Of a stretch of DNA of 64,000 nucleotides, positions 37,472 through 49,449 are shown one piece after another. The stretch is from the NCBI GenBank assembly GCA_951406725.2, contig OX597835.1:3038001-3102000 (forward strand), given 5' to 3'. Positions within the stretch are counted from its first letter, which is position 1; the number at the start of each line of letters is the position of its first letter. The stretch is from Octopus vulgaris (taxonomy: Eukaryota). The notes under the pieces are model-generated. The model made no database searches and had not been told where the DNA came from. It saw only the letters and a program-made list of their open reading frames with translations. Made by a program: the position numbers and the translations under genes.

Positions 37472-38390
37472 ATATACTACATATGTGGAAATCTGTGGGT
37501 GTGTTTGCTTGTAGCGTTGTTATTTAACTCTTCCTACATCGTTTTATCGATTTTGATGAAACTTGACACGTGAATATAACTCAGGTCTGGAAAATTAGAG
37601 ACATACTTAGATTGTTGAAAAATTCGATAATAGGGCCCCTGGAATGGATTCTTATATGTACTATATATAACTAATATATTATTTTTAAACAACTAAAAGA
37701 AATAAGCCATTCGCTCCTGAAAGGGATCCTTATATATAGCCAATGGAAAGAACCCATTCATGTTCGTAGATTATTTCGTATAAATCAAATTTTGCTTATT
37801 TCTTAGTATTTGAACTATTTGAGTTATTTTCGCAATGTATCCAGTACAACGCTTAAACAAGAAAATAGTATTCTCCTAAACAATAGATCCACTTATTTCG
37901 CTTAATGAATTTTTCACGAATATACCAACACTGGCGTTACTGAGGGTAATATTGTCTGTGGATGCACAAAAGCTTTTTTTCAGAGTTATTTACTTTGAAT
38001 TGTTATCATCTCATATCTGATTAGCCTCTTATTACGTATAATGCTTCACGAGTTTAGTATACATACCTTATTAGTATTTCCTCCTAAGTTCTATATACTC
38101 TGGGAACGTATTAAACTCCTTATCGAGGCTACGTTATTTGAATTCTTACTATCGGGTAATTAATTTCATTTTATTACATAACTGACTTCACAACTTGTGT
38201 ATTCATAACTTATTGGGAATCCCTAAAAGCAAGATCATGTGTAACACAGTTCGGTATTCCCTGTAAATTCACAAAGACCGTCTTAAGGACTCATACTTTG
38301 TATTGTTGTTACTGGATTACCGAAACGATTATGAGAACGGAACCAAGGGATAAGCCCCGCTTTCCTGGGAATTACCGGGTAGTCAGCTAG
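37472..38390 (+). mobile_element. non-autonomous Helitron
   Basis: 3' hairpin cctgg-gaatta-ccggg, followed by CTAG|T at 38387-38391; the 5' end merges into a TA tract, so that boundary is approximate. Confidence 0.65.
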
Positions 38391-38396
38391 TATATT

Positions 38397-38445
<49 letters not shown>

Positions 38446-38528
38446 GCATATTTATATGCATACATGTCTAGATATATGTGTATGCAGGCATACACCTATG
38501 TGTATGTGAGGTTGAAGTTGCTTTCACA

Positions 38529-38565
<37 letters not shown>

Positions 38566-38625
38566 ATATATATATATATACATATATATGTGTGTATATA
38601 TATACGTATATATATATATATACAC

Positions 38626-38672
<47 letters not shown>

Positions 38673-39013
38673 TGTGTGTACACGTGTGTGTGTATGGGTA
38701 TGTGTATGAACACGTAAATGCACATATATGTTTCTGTGTGTGTGGGCATGTACATATACCTGTTTGCGTGAGTGTGTACGTATGTAGACGTTATGAACTC
38801 AGGAGGTTTTATGTCCATGTATTATGAGAATATGTTTGCGTATAATTTTTATCTTTTATATTTTTCCCTACCTATTACAGTAACTTCCCTTTTATTCAAT
38901 GGTTTTTATAGCGCCTATTGTCATAATAGCCAATGAGAATACATCGTAGCTCTTAGCTCCGGCATTTGAAAACTCTGAGTCCTATTATAACAGCTTACAG
39001 ATTGTCCTGAACT

Positions 39014-39117
<104 letters not shown>

Positions 39118-39239
39118 TCTATTTACCTAATATCGAGGTCTCATTCTTTTGTTGTCATTATTATTATTTTATATATATATATAGCAATTTAATAAATAAA
39201 ACATATGCATACATACATACATACATACATATATGTACA

Positions 39240-39620
39240 TACCTTCATCTATATGTATATATACATGCATATATGAGTACAGGACACCACAAATACACGT
39301 AGAACACAACGAGAAACGAAAACAGAAACAAACGAAGGAAACGGACTTTTTTTAACAACGAAAAAACAGAAGTACAAGACAAACCACAGAGGGAACATTC
39401 CCCTTCTTCAGCTGCCCCTGTTTCAACTCAATGTGTGTTTCGAAGGTAAGGACAGAACACGGCTACGCTGAAACAATCCTTCCCGCGAAAAAATTAAATA
39501 AAATTTTTTTGCGGAGGGGTAAAAAAAGGTAACAAGAATAGGACGTAAAAGCAATACAAATAAAGAAAAATATAGTACAAATAAAGATAAAAACAGTAAA
39601 AGACAGAACAAGGAAACCAA
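39240..39620 (-). mobile_element. probable Penelope-like terminal-repeat fragment ending at a TA/TACA tract (related to 44695-44820)
   Basis: Minus-strand ctgaagaaggggaatgttcc resembles ctgatgaagggtagttct at 44707; T-rich tail then microsatellite. Confidence 0.4.
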
Positions 39621-40428
39621 TTTATTAAATTGTTATTATATGACCGAACGCACGCGTCGTCTTCTCCTTCAAGTAAGTTATATATATATACAGTTGCGGC
39701 CAAAATGTTCAGAACGGCATGGCTTTCGTCAAAAAAGTAGGTATAAGTTTTTATCAAAGTTGTTTTATATTCTATAATTTTCACAGACAATAAATACGAT
39801 ATTAATTGTTATTGTCTGCGATTTTGGTGTAATTTGAGAGGATAATAAAAAAGTTATGGATGATTTATGAGGGATCGTGTTATTGCTATGTAGTCATCCG
39901 CCCTTTGAACATGTTTTATTTCTAGCCCTACAGGGTTGCTAGCAATCCTCCTCACCAGGCAAATCTGGTGAAGGTGCCAGTTTAGTCGCTGACGACCTGA
40001 TCATGAAACAGGTTTTACTAGATTCCATGGTACAAGTAGCACTCATAAGAGGCCTCACAAGGGATTTGATATCACATTTATGTGTCGTACTTGTTTTCGT
40101 CACTGCCCTCAACACTGTGTGTGTGTTCGTGTGTGTGTGTGTGCGTGTGTGTGTATTTATGTATGCATGTATAAACAAATCACTAGCAAAAGAAGTGTTC
40201 CAAGACAAGAATATATTTGTGGAATATATTTGTTCGATGCCCGAAGAAATAAGTTACTAAGTGCCCGAAGAAATAAGTTACTAAGTGAAGTTTAAAAATA
40301 AAAGTAAGACATCTCGAGCAGACGCCTTCGTCCGATATACGAATAAAAAGTCCAGGAATAAGGAAGAAAGTGGAGAAAGAGGAACAGAGAAGGAGAAAAG
40401 CTTTATTATTATTATTATTATTATTATT

Positions 40429-40982
40429 GAGTGAGAGAGCAGTGCATGCCATCAAAGTGACACTGGGGTAAAGTATACGAAGCCCAATATACCCATCATG
40501 ACTACCCGTCTGATAAAGGTACACCAGGCACATGCATCACAACCATATGTGCGCGACATGGTGATCTCATATCAAGATAAACAGCACATGACCTTGCAGG
40601 TGGGGCCCAGTTAGAATTTTCTTCAGGTTGAGTAGCCCATCCCGCTCAAACGGTCCCTGAATAAGGGTTGTTTAAGGATGTTGAAAGAACCACCCATGTT
40701 TCCAGAGGTGAACTATTCAAACCCCAAAGAATCCCTCTCAACACATGGCTATGATGCTCCCCCACTACTTCTGCTCGTGATCAGAGATGCACATATCGTC
40801 AGCCACTAAGGGACATGCTCAACTGGTTAAGGTCAAACAACTGACAAGCAAATCTGTGGTATTGAACAGAATATTTGCTGTAGCCCATCTTTTATACCAA
40901 GACAAAACAATGTACATGATAACACTTCCAATCAGTTAAGATCAGAAGCCATGAGAGCCACTGCCTGGTACTGCATCAGGGC

Positions 40983-40984
<2 letters not shown>
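40429..40984 (-). mobile_element. 556-bp non-coding element flanked on both sides by (TTA)n
   Basis: Sharp boundaries with TTA arrays; one end is repeated, inverted, at 63786-63903, again next to (TAA)n. Confidence 0.8.
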
Positions 40985-41081
<97 letters not shown>

Positions 41082-41136
41082 CATTTTTGCAAATTAAAAA
41101 GAAATACATTTTTAATTCTCTCCATTCTCTCTTCAG

Positions 41137-41186
41137 ACATCTGATGCTGTGGATTTATTATATGTCCACGAAACTTAAAGTAATGT
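41137..41186 (+). ncRNA. hammerhead-like motif (A9C, probably inactive)
   Basis: acat-CTGATGC-t-gtgga..tccac-GAAA-cttaaag-TA-atgt. Confidence 0.6.
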
Positions 41187-41309
41187 GGATCTAATTAAAA
41201 CTTCTACTAAATGCATGTAATATGGCTGGAATAAAATATATGTCGAGTGCTATTTTCTTTCGATTGTTCAATCACATGCATGTGTGTATGTGTGTGTATT
41301 TCTGAGTCT

Positions 41310-41347
<38 letters not shown>

Positions 41348-41510
41348 GTGTGTGATTGAACTGGTTGTAAATAGATAGTTCTATTTTGTTAGATCGTTAG
41401 TGTTCGTGCAGTCTTTATATGAAAGCCATTAATTACTAAGTGACGAGGAGAGGGACATATGTGAATGAGTGTGTGTATGCATGTGTATGTAAATGTATAC
41501 ATACATACAT

Positions 41511-41596
<86 letters not shown>

Positions 41597-41776
41597 GTTG
41601 GAGGTGATGAGATAAAGATGATAGTTTTTCTCCATTTATAATCTTAGCAATCAAATATAACAGCTTTTATGATCGTCAACATGATATGCGAGGTTATCGA
41701 TTACTTCAGAAATGGAAGAATCAATACTGATATAAAGTTTCTCACGCTCCCGGTTTCATTCTCTCCCTTCCTCTCC

Positions 41777-41812
<36 letters not shown>

Positions 41813-41887
41813 GTCTCTCTCTCTCTTTCTCTCAATGTATGTATATGTTTATATACCTTCCTGTATCTCAATTCGTATACATATATT

Positions 41888-41959
<72 letters not shown>

Positions 41960-42146
41960 ATGTATATATATGCATATATATATATATAATATATATATAT
42001 ATATGTATATGTATATATATGTATATATGTATATATATACACAAACACATATATTTAAATAAATATATATACATATATATATACATGGATATATATACAT
42101 ATATATATATACATATATATATATTTATATATATATGTATATGTAC

Positions 42147-42179
<33 letters not shown>

Positions 42180-42208
42180 CACAAACACACACAAACACAC
42201 ACACACAT

Positions 42209-42244
<36 letters not shown>

Positions 42245-42300
42245 CTTTTCCTTTCCTTATCACACATTGTCTGTATATCTCAATACTTTTCTGTTTCCCT

Positions 42301-42352
<52 letters not shown>

Positions 42353-42516
42353 TGCTCACTTCTGGTTGTTTAGACGGCTGGCTGGCTGGTTGGCTGGTTG
42401 GCTGGTTGGCTGGTTGCATCGCTCGATGTTTGGTCGGGAGCCATGAGTGTCGTTTGTTTGGAAAATCTAGAATTTGCTGCGAAACTTGATTGAACGTTAA
42501 TACAAATTATAAGATT

Positions 42517-42845
42517 AATGATGGTGGTGATGGTAATGGTGTTGACGGAGCTGGTGGTGGTTGTGGGGAAGAGGGGGTGGGAGGTCGTCGACGTCGTCGT
42601 TGGGGTGATGCGATGATAAAGACACCGCTGCTGCTGCTGCTCCTGCTGCTGATGATGATGATGAAGACGATCATAATGAGGATGATGATGATTATGATGA
42701 CTATGATCATGAACAGAGGTGGTAGTGGTGCTGGTGTGGTGGTGGCGGTGGTGGTGGTAATGATGGTGTTGGTGGTGGCGGTAATGGTGGCGGTGGTGGT
42801 GGTGGTGGTGGTTGAAGTAATGAGGTTGAAGATGTTGATGATGCT
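42517..42845. repeat. degenerate (GGT)/(GAT)/(CTG) trinucleotide region
   Basis: Direct inspection. Confidence 0.85.
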
Positions 42846-43044
42846 GACTTACATAAAGTTAATATATCTGGATTACGAACAATGTCATCAACACATAATA
42901 CTTTACAAAATCTTATAAAACCCTGAGTGGACGACGTTTTGCGAACAAAAGCCCTTCTTTTATAAAAACAGAGACCTCTCACGTAATGGTTTTGTGTGTG
43001 TGTGTGTGTGTGTGTGTAAAGAACAAGTTAAAGATATTGATCAT

Positions 43045-44426
43045 TACACATTTCTTCCTTATTGGAGTAAGTTTGACTTACAGCTGTTTCGAGCAATCAT
43101 CATAGGTACATTACTGATAGGCTTACTCCATTTGTCTTGTGATCAATTGAGAAAAGTTGAACGACCTAAGAAAATTAATGCTATTTTCGGGAGAGCCATT
43201 TCTGGTTATAACAAGACAAGCGAATACATGGAGGAGGGAAAAAGATGGAAAGATGCAAGTAGAATAGAGAGAAGAGGAAGATGAGTTACAAAGAGGCGAA
43301 GAGAATTAAGGAAAAGATAGAGGAAGGGGTCAGTTAATAGAAGCAGGGGTATTGGAAGGTCAAAATTTTGGAAAAGGGCCAGTCATAAAACATTAGTGTT
43401 TGTAGTCAGGTCGACTTTGCCTTTCATCATTTCGGGGTCACTAAACTAATTACTAGCTGAACACTGAGGTTGATGTAATCGACTGAAACCCTCCCCCAAA
43501 AGGCTTCCCTTCTGGCAAATTTGAAATCATTGTTATTTATATTTTGTAATATATCATTGGTATGTTATTAATATTTGTAATATTTTATTCGTATGATATT
43601 AATATTAATATTGGTATGTTACTAATATCTTGATGTCACCAACATCATTATTGCTTTATTATCACTATTTAGTCTGTAAATTTACTTCAATTTTTTTATT
43701 CTTAGTTTGCTTTACTGGAAAATTTAGAAATATTTGACTTTAATTCAGATTTTAATCCGTAACCCATTTATTGGTTCAAACTTTAAAACTCGTGTAATGA
43801 GGTTAATTTAAATTTATATTCGTCTATCACCGCGACTTAATCCCATTTCAACCTAACATCTCTCAATTTATCGGTAATTTATATCCTAGCTAATCCGAGC
43901 ATTCTCGACCTCTTCACCACAATGTGATTACTACTGATATTCTTTCATCTTCTAATATAATTCCCCTACTATGCTTGATAGCAACAATCACCAAATATTA
44001 AAGTCTTAGTTTGTCCATGTGTATAAATAGCCCATATCAACAGTTGGAGAACACCTAACCTAAAAACATTGCTAATATGGCAATGTATGTTTTCACCTTC
44101 CAATATCACTACTTCTATTAAGAGACCCCTTTCTCTAGTCTTTTCCTACTTCTCTTCGCCCTTTTTTAACCTGACTTCCTCTTTTCTCTATTCTACTCGT
44201 ATCTTTCCATCTTGTTCTCCCTCCCCCGTGCATTCACCTTTCCTTCAGTTCTCTGCTTGTTATAACCAGAAATGGCCCTCATGAAAGTAGCATTAATTTT
44301 CTTAGGTCGTTCAATTTTTCTCAACTGATCAATAAACAAATTGAATAAATCTATCAGTAATGTACCTATGATGACTGCTCGAAACAGCTGTAAGTCAAAC
44401 TTGCTCCTGTAAAGGAAAAATGTGTA
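43045..44426. repeat. long diverged inverted repeat (arms about 43045-43365 and 44090-44426)
   Basis: The ORF track shows the same peptide (SKFDLQLFRA.IIGTLLI..DQLRK.ERPKKINA) on opposite strands; the nucleotide arms align by eye. Confidence 0.9.
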
Positions 44427-44814
44427 TTTTAAACTTGCTTTATATATCATTCTGTGTAAAAACCAGTTTGTCTGGAGTCTATCCTCGGATTTACAATATA
44501 GAACTGTGATGAGCGAAAACCCTGCACCCTGCCCTAAGAATATCAGGAGTTCTTCACTAAGTATTATTGTTAGCTTAGTGTCCCAAGACAGGGCTTATGA
44601 AGTATTTTGCCCGGATTGATAATCCCTCACTATTTCTAACACATACACACACACACACGCACACCACACACACATATATATATGAGACTAGAGAAACACC
44701 CAACAACTGATGAAGGGTAGTTCTTTATGTTTGTTTTGTTTCAGTTTCGTTGTTCGAAAGCATAGTTCATGTTCCATGTACTCGTGCATCGTACATTTTT
44801 GTTGAGCACGTTTA

Positions 44815-44875
<61 letters not shown>

Positions 44876-45131
44876 AAATGGAAAGATGAATTTTCTTGTT
44901 ACAGATTATTCAAAAGTTTAACCGATACCTAGGTAGCAAAAATCACAGCAGAAAAAAACACGGTTGGAGATAAGACCATTTGGTGTTGCAACCGTGCGTT
45001 GGTGCGGATAATTGAAGTTTAATATAATTAGTGAATGGAGAAATGGAGATGGGCTCTTAAGGAGCCTCCTCGTTCGAATTGTTTTGCTGCGCCTCTGTTT
45101 TGTTTTGTTCTGTCAACGTAATTCCTGCTTT

Positions 45132-45211
45132 TTCCTGAAGAGAAAGCTGCAATATGGTATCCTTATTTAATCAGAATTTGGAAAATTGTGGCCTTTGAAA
45201 CATGTGTAGAA
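45132..45211 (+). ncRNA. type-I hammerhead ribozyme with canonical core and long stem II
   Basis: ttc-CTGAAGA-gaaagctgcaat..attgtggccttt-GAAA-catgtg-TA-gaa, then AATAAA and (TA)n. Confidence 0.7.
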
Positions 45212-45265
45212 TGTAATAAAAGGAATTCTGTACAATCTTCGTTCAACTCCATTTCTTCCATTCAC

Positions 45266-45350
<85 letters not shown>

Positions 45351-45399
45351 GTATAGATGTATATATATATATTATTTTATTATATATATGTATATATTT

Positions 45400-45706
45400 T
45401 TTCTTTGTTTCAGCCATTTGACTGGGGCCATGCTGGAGCACCGCCTTTAGTCGAGCAAATCGACCCCAGGACATATTCTTTGTAAGCCTAGTACTTACTC
45501 TATTGGTCGCTATTGCCGAACCGCTAAGTGACGGGGACGTAAACACACCAGCATCGGTTGTCAAGTGATGTTGGGGGATGTGTGGGTGGAACAAACACAG
45601 ACACACAAATATATACATACATGTATATATATACATATATACGACGGGCTTCTTTCAGTTTCCGTCCACCAAATCCACTCACAAGGCTATAGTAGAAGAC
45701 ACTTGT
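45400..45706 (-). mobile_element. SINE family A, 5'-truncated
   Basis: Matches 11385-11749. Confidence 0.85.
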
Positions 45707-46039
45707 ATTTATATATATATATATATATTATCGTCATAGTATAAAGTTTTTGTGTTCAACCACTAGGAATTTGGCTGAGATTATCGCAGCACACAATAAA
45801 GAGAGAATTAGGGAAAATCTCAATCTTAAAACTATAGACAAGCGTAGAATAGATAATATATATTGCGAAATTAACTCTAATGTTAATCTTTCTGAACTAA
45901 GTTTCTCTAAGTAATTACGACTCTGACAATACAGTTAGGTTATCTCCTAGCTTTAATGTTAATTATAACAATAATAATCGCACCATAATGCCTAATTCTG
46001 AGAGGAGAACTAGCAGAAATTCTTTGACTATGAGCGCCA

Positions 46040-46330
46040 AATACAAGCGAATAAATGCTTGAGTAATTGTAAAGACACAAATCTGTGTAAAAGGGAAAAC
46101 ATAGTATATCAGTGTAAGGTAATAACAGACGATCTTAAGTATTTTTACATTGTTCATCTGCTACACTTTGGAAATCTAGGATTCATAATCATTCTCATTC
46201 ATTTAATTATAACAGAAAAATTAATTCTACAAATCTTAGTAAATGGGATTTGTTGCTTCCATCAGTGGATGGCCCCGGGAAGCTATAGTGTCGTGATGGA
46301 AAGATCCGAAACGTCTACAGAATTGCTTCA
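46040..46330 (+). mobile_element. Penelope-like GIY-YIG N-terminal fragment with a decayed hammerhead remnant
   Basis: NKCLSNCKDTNLCKRENIVYQCKVITDDLKYFYI; gga-aaga-tcc-GAAAC-GTC at about 46298-46315. Confidence 0.6.
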
Positions 46331-46914
46331 CCACCTGAGGAGACATCGATTTCTGCATTCGCAGACCGAATACAGCAGCACCCTCTGAACAGAGGCTTTT
46401 ATCCTTAATGTTCCAAGTTTGTAAATATGTACCGGGATTTTGTCCGTCTGTATCAGATGCCGTCGGTATATTCAGCCCTCATCATGTTGGGGGCCAGTCG
46501 AATTGTGGCGCTTACAGTAGTTTCCTTGCTTTTCTGTACAATTTGACTTCCTACCGTTTCTTTTTTTTATGCTGAAGTGGTGAGTTGGTTAACAGCTTTG
46601 TCATTTATCATCAGCTGTCATTTTCCTAACATGTTCCTAGCATGTAAGTTCCTGCACGTTTGACAAGATCAGTTTTGCTTTTCATCCATCTCTTGGGGAG
46701 GAGGTGTCTAAATAAAATAACAGCCAAGAGTTCAGAGCTATTTAATCGACAAACTCTTACTTCCAAAATTGGTGGCTCTGTTCCTATGGTTGTACTTATT
46801 AATTAGTTCGTTATTTAAACACTACGAGCCGAGAAAATTCTTTAAGCGTGGAAATAAGGTTCTGCAGTATTTCTTCCGACACGTTCCAAAAAATCATCTT
46901 TTCTGCTTACTATT

Positions 46915-47320
46915 CCTTGAAGGATCGTGAAGTTAGGGTTCTCAGGCACCTCCTCTTCCTCCTCCGTAGAGTCCTACCAGAAGCATTCGTCTTCACACTT
47001 TCCGCCCGGACTTCCGGGCCTGACCAACTGAGGCGATGAATATCATTCAATCATTTCGTTCTATGTCTAACCCTGAGTCTCCTGCCACTTGACTCGGCTT
47101 AAAAAATCCGTCTTGCGATTCTTCCCAGCGTCTTTTTTTAAACACATGTCCACATGTCCGTGGGACCGGAGCCGTGACCTCTCAATGAGGACAACTTGTG
47201 GCTTTACTTGAACAAGCTCCCTAATCTCCGAGCAACACATCCTGTCGAGCAACGTTTCTCCAAAGATCCGCTTGTGTTCGCTATCGTACTCTTTTCGGTC
47301 ATCGCACAACTTCCACAAAA
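46915..47320 (-). mobile_element. RTE-clade LINE 3' end (degenerate)
   Basis: RIFGETLLDRMCCSEIRELVQVKP..IERSRLRSHGHV, followed by a GRPRT.W-like segment. Confidence 0.7.
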
Positions 47321-47719
47321 GGTGAGGATAGGCACGAAAACTGAATTTTTTTTTTTAAGTTCGAATCCCGTCGTCAATAAAATTAGTCTACCACTCAAAT
47401 ACTTGACCGTTCCACTTTCCACTCAATATTCCTGGTCCTGTGTCAAAATTTGAAGCAATTAGATATTTTATGCAACAAACTTTCTTGTGCACGCGTTAGA
47501 TTTCGCAGGCTCTTGTCTACCCTGGCATCGATTAACCTCCCTCACTCAAAATTACACCATAATTTGGCAGGCCTTGTGGTTAAAATAAAAATAATTATTT
47601 TATACGACCAACCTTCTTGAGCGCGCATTAAATTTCGAGCGCTGAGCGCTGCAGTTGCGAAACATGTGCACACGGACACAGATTCCAGAGGGACCAATAT
47701 TTTGAGGACACAAAGGCAG

Positions 47720-48360
47720 CAAACTGCCAAAATCGTTAGAACGAAGCAAAAAGATGCTTTAGCGGCAATGCCTCTATCTTTATATTCTGAGTTCTAATTA
47801 CACGGAGGTCGACTTGTCCGTTCATCCTTTCGGTGGTCTACACAAAAAAGAAAAAACTACCAGTTTAGAGGCGTTGTAGTGGCTGTGTGGTAAGTAGCTT
47901 GCTTACGAAACACATGGTTCCGGGTTCAGTCCCACTGCGTGGCACCTTGGGCAAGTGTCTTCTTCTATAGCCTCAGGCCGACCAAAGCCTTGTGAGTGGA
48001 TTTGGTAGACAAAAACTGAAAGAAGCCCGTCGTATATATGTATATGTATATATATACGTATGTGTGTGTATATGTTTGTGTATCTGTGTTTTTCACCCCC
48101 CCCCCCCACATCACTTGACAACCGACGCTGGTGTGTTTACGTCCCCCGTAACTTAGCGGTTCGGCAAAAGAGACCGATGAAATAAGTTGTAGACTTACAA
48201 AGAATAAGTCCTGGGGTCGATTTGCTCGACTAAAGGCGGTGCTCCAACATGGCCACAGTCAAATGACTGAAACAAGTAAAAGAGTTGATCACTGGAGTCG
48301 ATGTAATCGACTTGCTTCTTTCTCCCCGAAATTTCTGCCCTTGTACCAAAATTTGAAACC
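47720..48360 (+). mobile_element. SINE family B interrupted by SINE family A (47870-48284)
   Basis: The B element breaks after ..taccagtt and resumes with gatcactggagtcgatgtaatcgac at about 48287. Confidence 0.8.
47870..48284 (+). mobile_element. SINE family A, full length
   Basis: A-box gtggctgtgtggta, B-box-like gggttcagtccc, CORE-like accttgggcaagtgtctt, internal TA/TG tract, tail cagtcaaatgactgaaacaagtaaaagag. Confidence 0.9.
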
Positions 48361-49179
48361 GATATCTTGAGAACACTACCCAAGACTTGCGCATAGTCTC
48401 ATCGCCTCCGATTAACTGTTAAAACAAAAACAACGTTCGACCTTTCGTTTCTTGCGTGGGTGTAGAAATTCACTTTGTCTTCGTTTGATTAATTCACATT
48501 CAAAGTAGCTTCATATGACGAGAGACAGTATTATAACTAACTTCTATTACTTTCAATATGATATTTAGAAAAGCGAATTCCATAAGTGATTAATCACGAG
48601 ATAGTTTGATTAGTTTTAGTAGTAAATAAATGAATTATTCTCATTTAGTTTATGTCTTTCTCTGACTAATTTATATTCTGTTTCATCGTTAATTAAGCTG
48701 ATATTTAATCTTCCCTTAAAAACAAGGTTATAAAGAATATTTTCCCAGTCGAACAAGTCAAGCACTAAAATTCCTTTTCTTTCGAAACGTAAAATATCAT
48801 TATTGCTTGCAGACAGTTTTCGAAATCAGAAACAGTAGTTACTGGGAGAAACATTAAATAAATATTTGCAAACAGGTCTCTCTTCATCGAAAACCGGTGA
48901 TTACCGTACGTTGACAAGAGGCAAATACCTCGAAACTGCAGTCCGTGCGTATCGCTTGGGTTTACGAGAGAGGGATGACCTCCCTTTGCAAATACCATAA
49001 GGCACAGAAAGTGTGCCTAAAGCCAGCTGGAGACGATGATCTTCTGGGGATAAAAGCTACAGTAACACCCACCCTTAGTGGTTAGCCATACTGAGATGGC
49101 TAGTATACTTTACATAAAATTTGGTTTTCGTCTATATTCTCGTTCTTTCTGTCTTACTGATTCTTCGTCTCCTCGTCAT

Positions 49180-49210
49180 GGTGGTGGTGGTGGTGGTAGT
49201 AGTAGTAGAA

Positions 49211-49283
<73 letters not shown>

Positions 49284-49316
49284 CAGTAGCAGCAGTAGTA
49301 GTAGCGGTGGTAGTGG
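49180..49316. repeat. (GGT)n(AGT)n microsatellite
   Basis: Direct inspection. Confidence 0.95.
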
Positions 49317-49449
49317 TATTCAATTAATGATCCCACGCACACTGCATACATCTTTTATGTGTATGTGTGTGTGTGTGTCTGTGTGTGCGTGCGTGCGCGA
49401 GCGTGTGTTTCCTGATTTCGGAAACAATTTTACGACATAGGCTTATGTA

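Noticed and set aside
39395-39450. Possible type-II hammerhead on the minus strand (GAAAC before CTGAAGA)
   Set aside because: The segment that should form stem I (gaaacaggggcag) does not pair.
39983-40021. CTGACGA..GAAAC motif
   Set aside because: Stems I and II are too weak; could be chance or a very old relic.
40247-40296. 24-bp tandem duplication (similar ones at 4199, 13907 and 14383)
   Set aside because: Two adjacent copies without spacers; ordinary slippage, not a CRISPR array.
42490-42982. Gly/Val/Met-rich and poly-Pro ORFs
   Set aside because: Products of a GGT/GAT trinucleotide tract.
47870-47945. tRNA-like A/B boxes at SINE heads
   Set aside because: No complete cloverleaf; they continue into SINE bodies, so they are not tRNA genes.
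48838-48999. About 53-codon open stretch in unique-looking sequence
   Set aside because: No start codon, no recognisable homology and no convincing splice sites.
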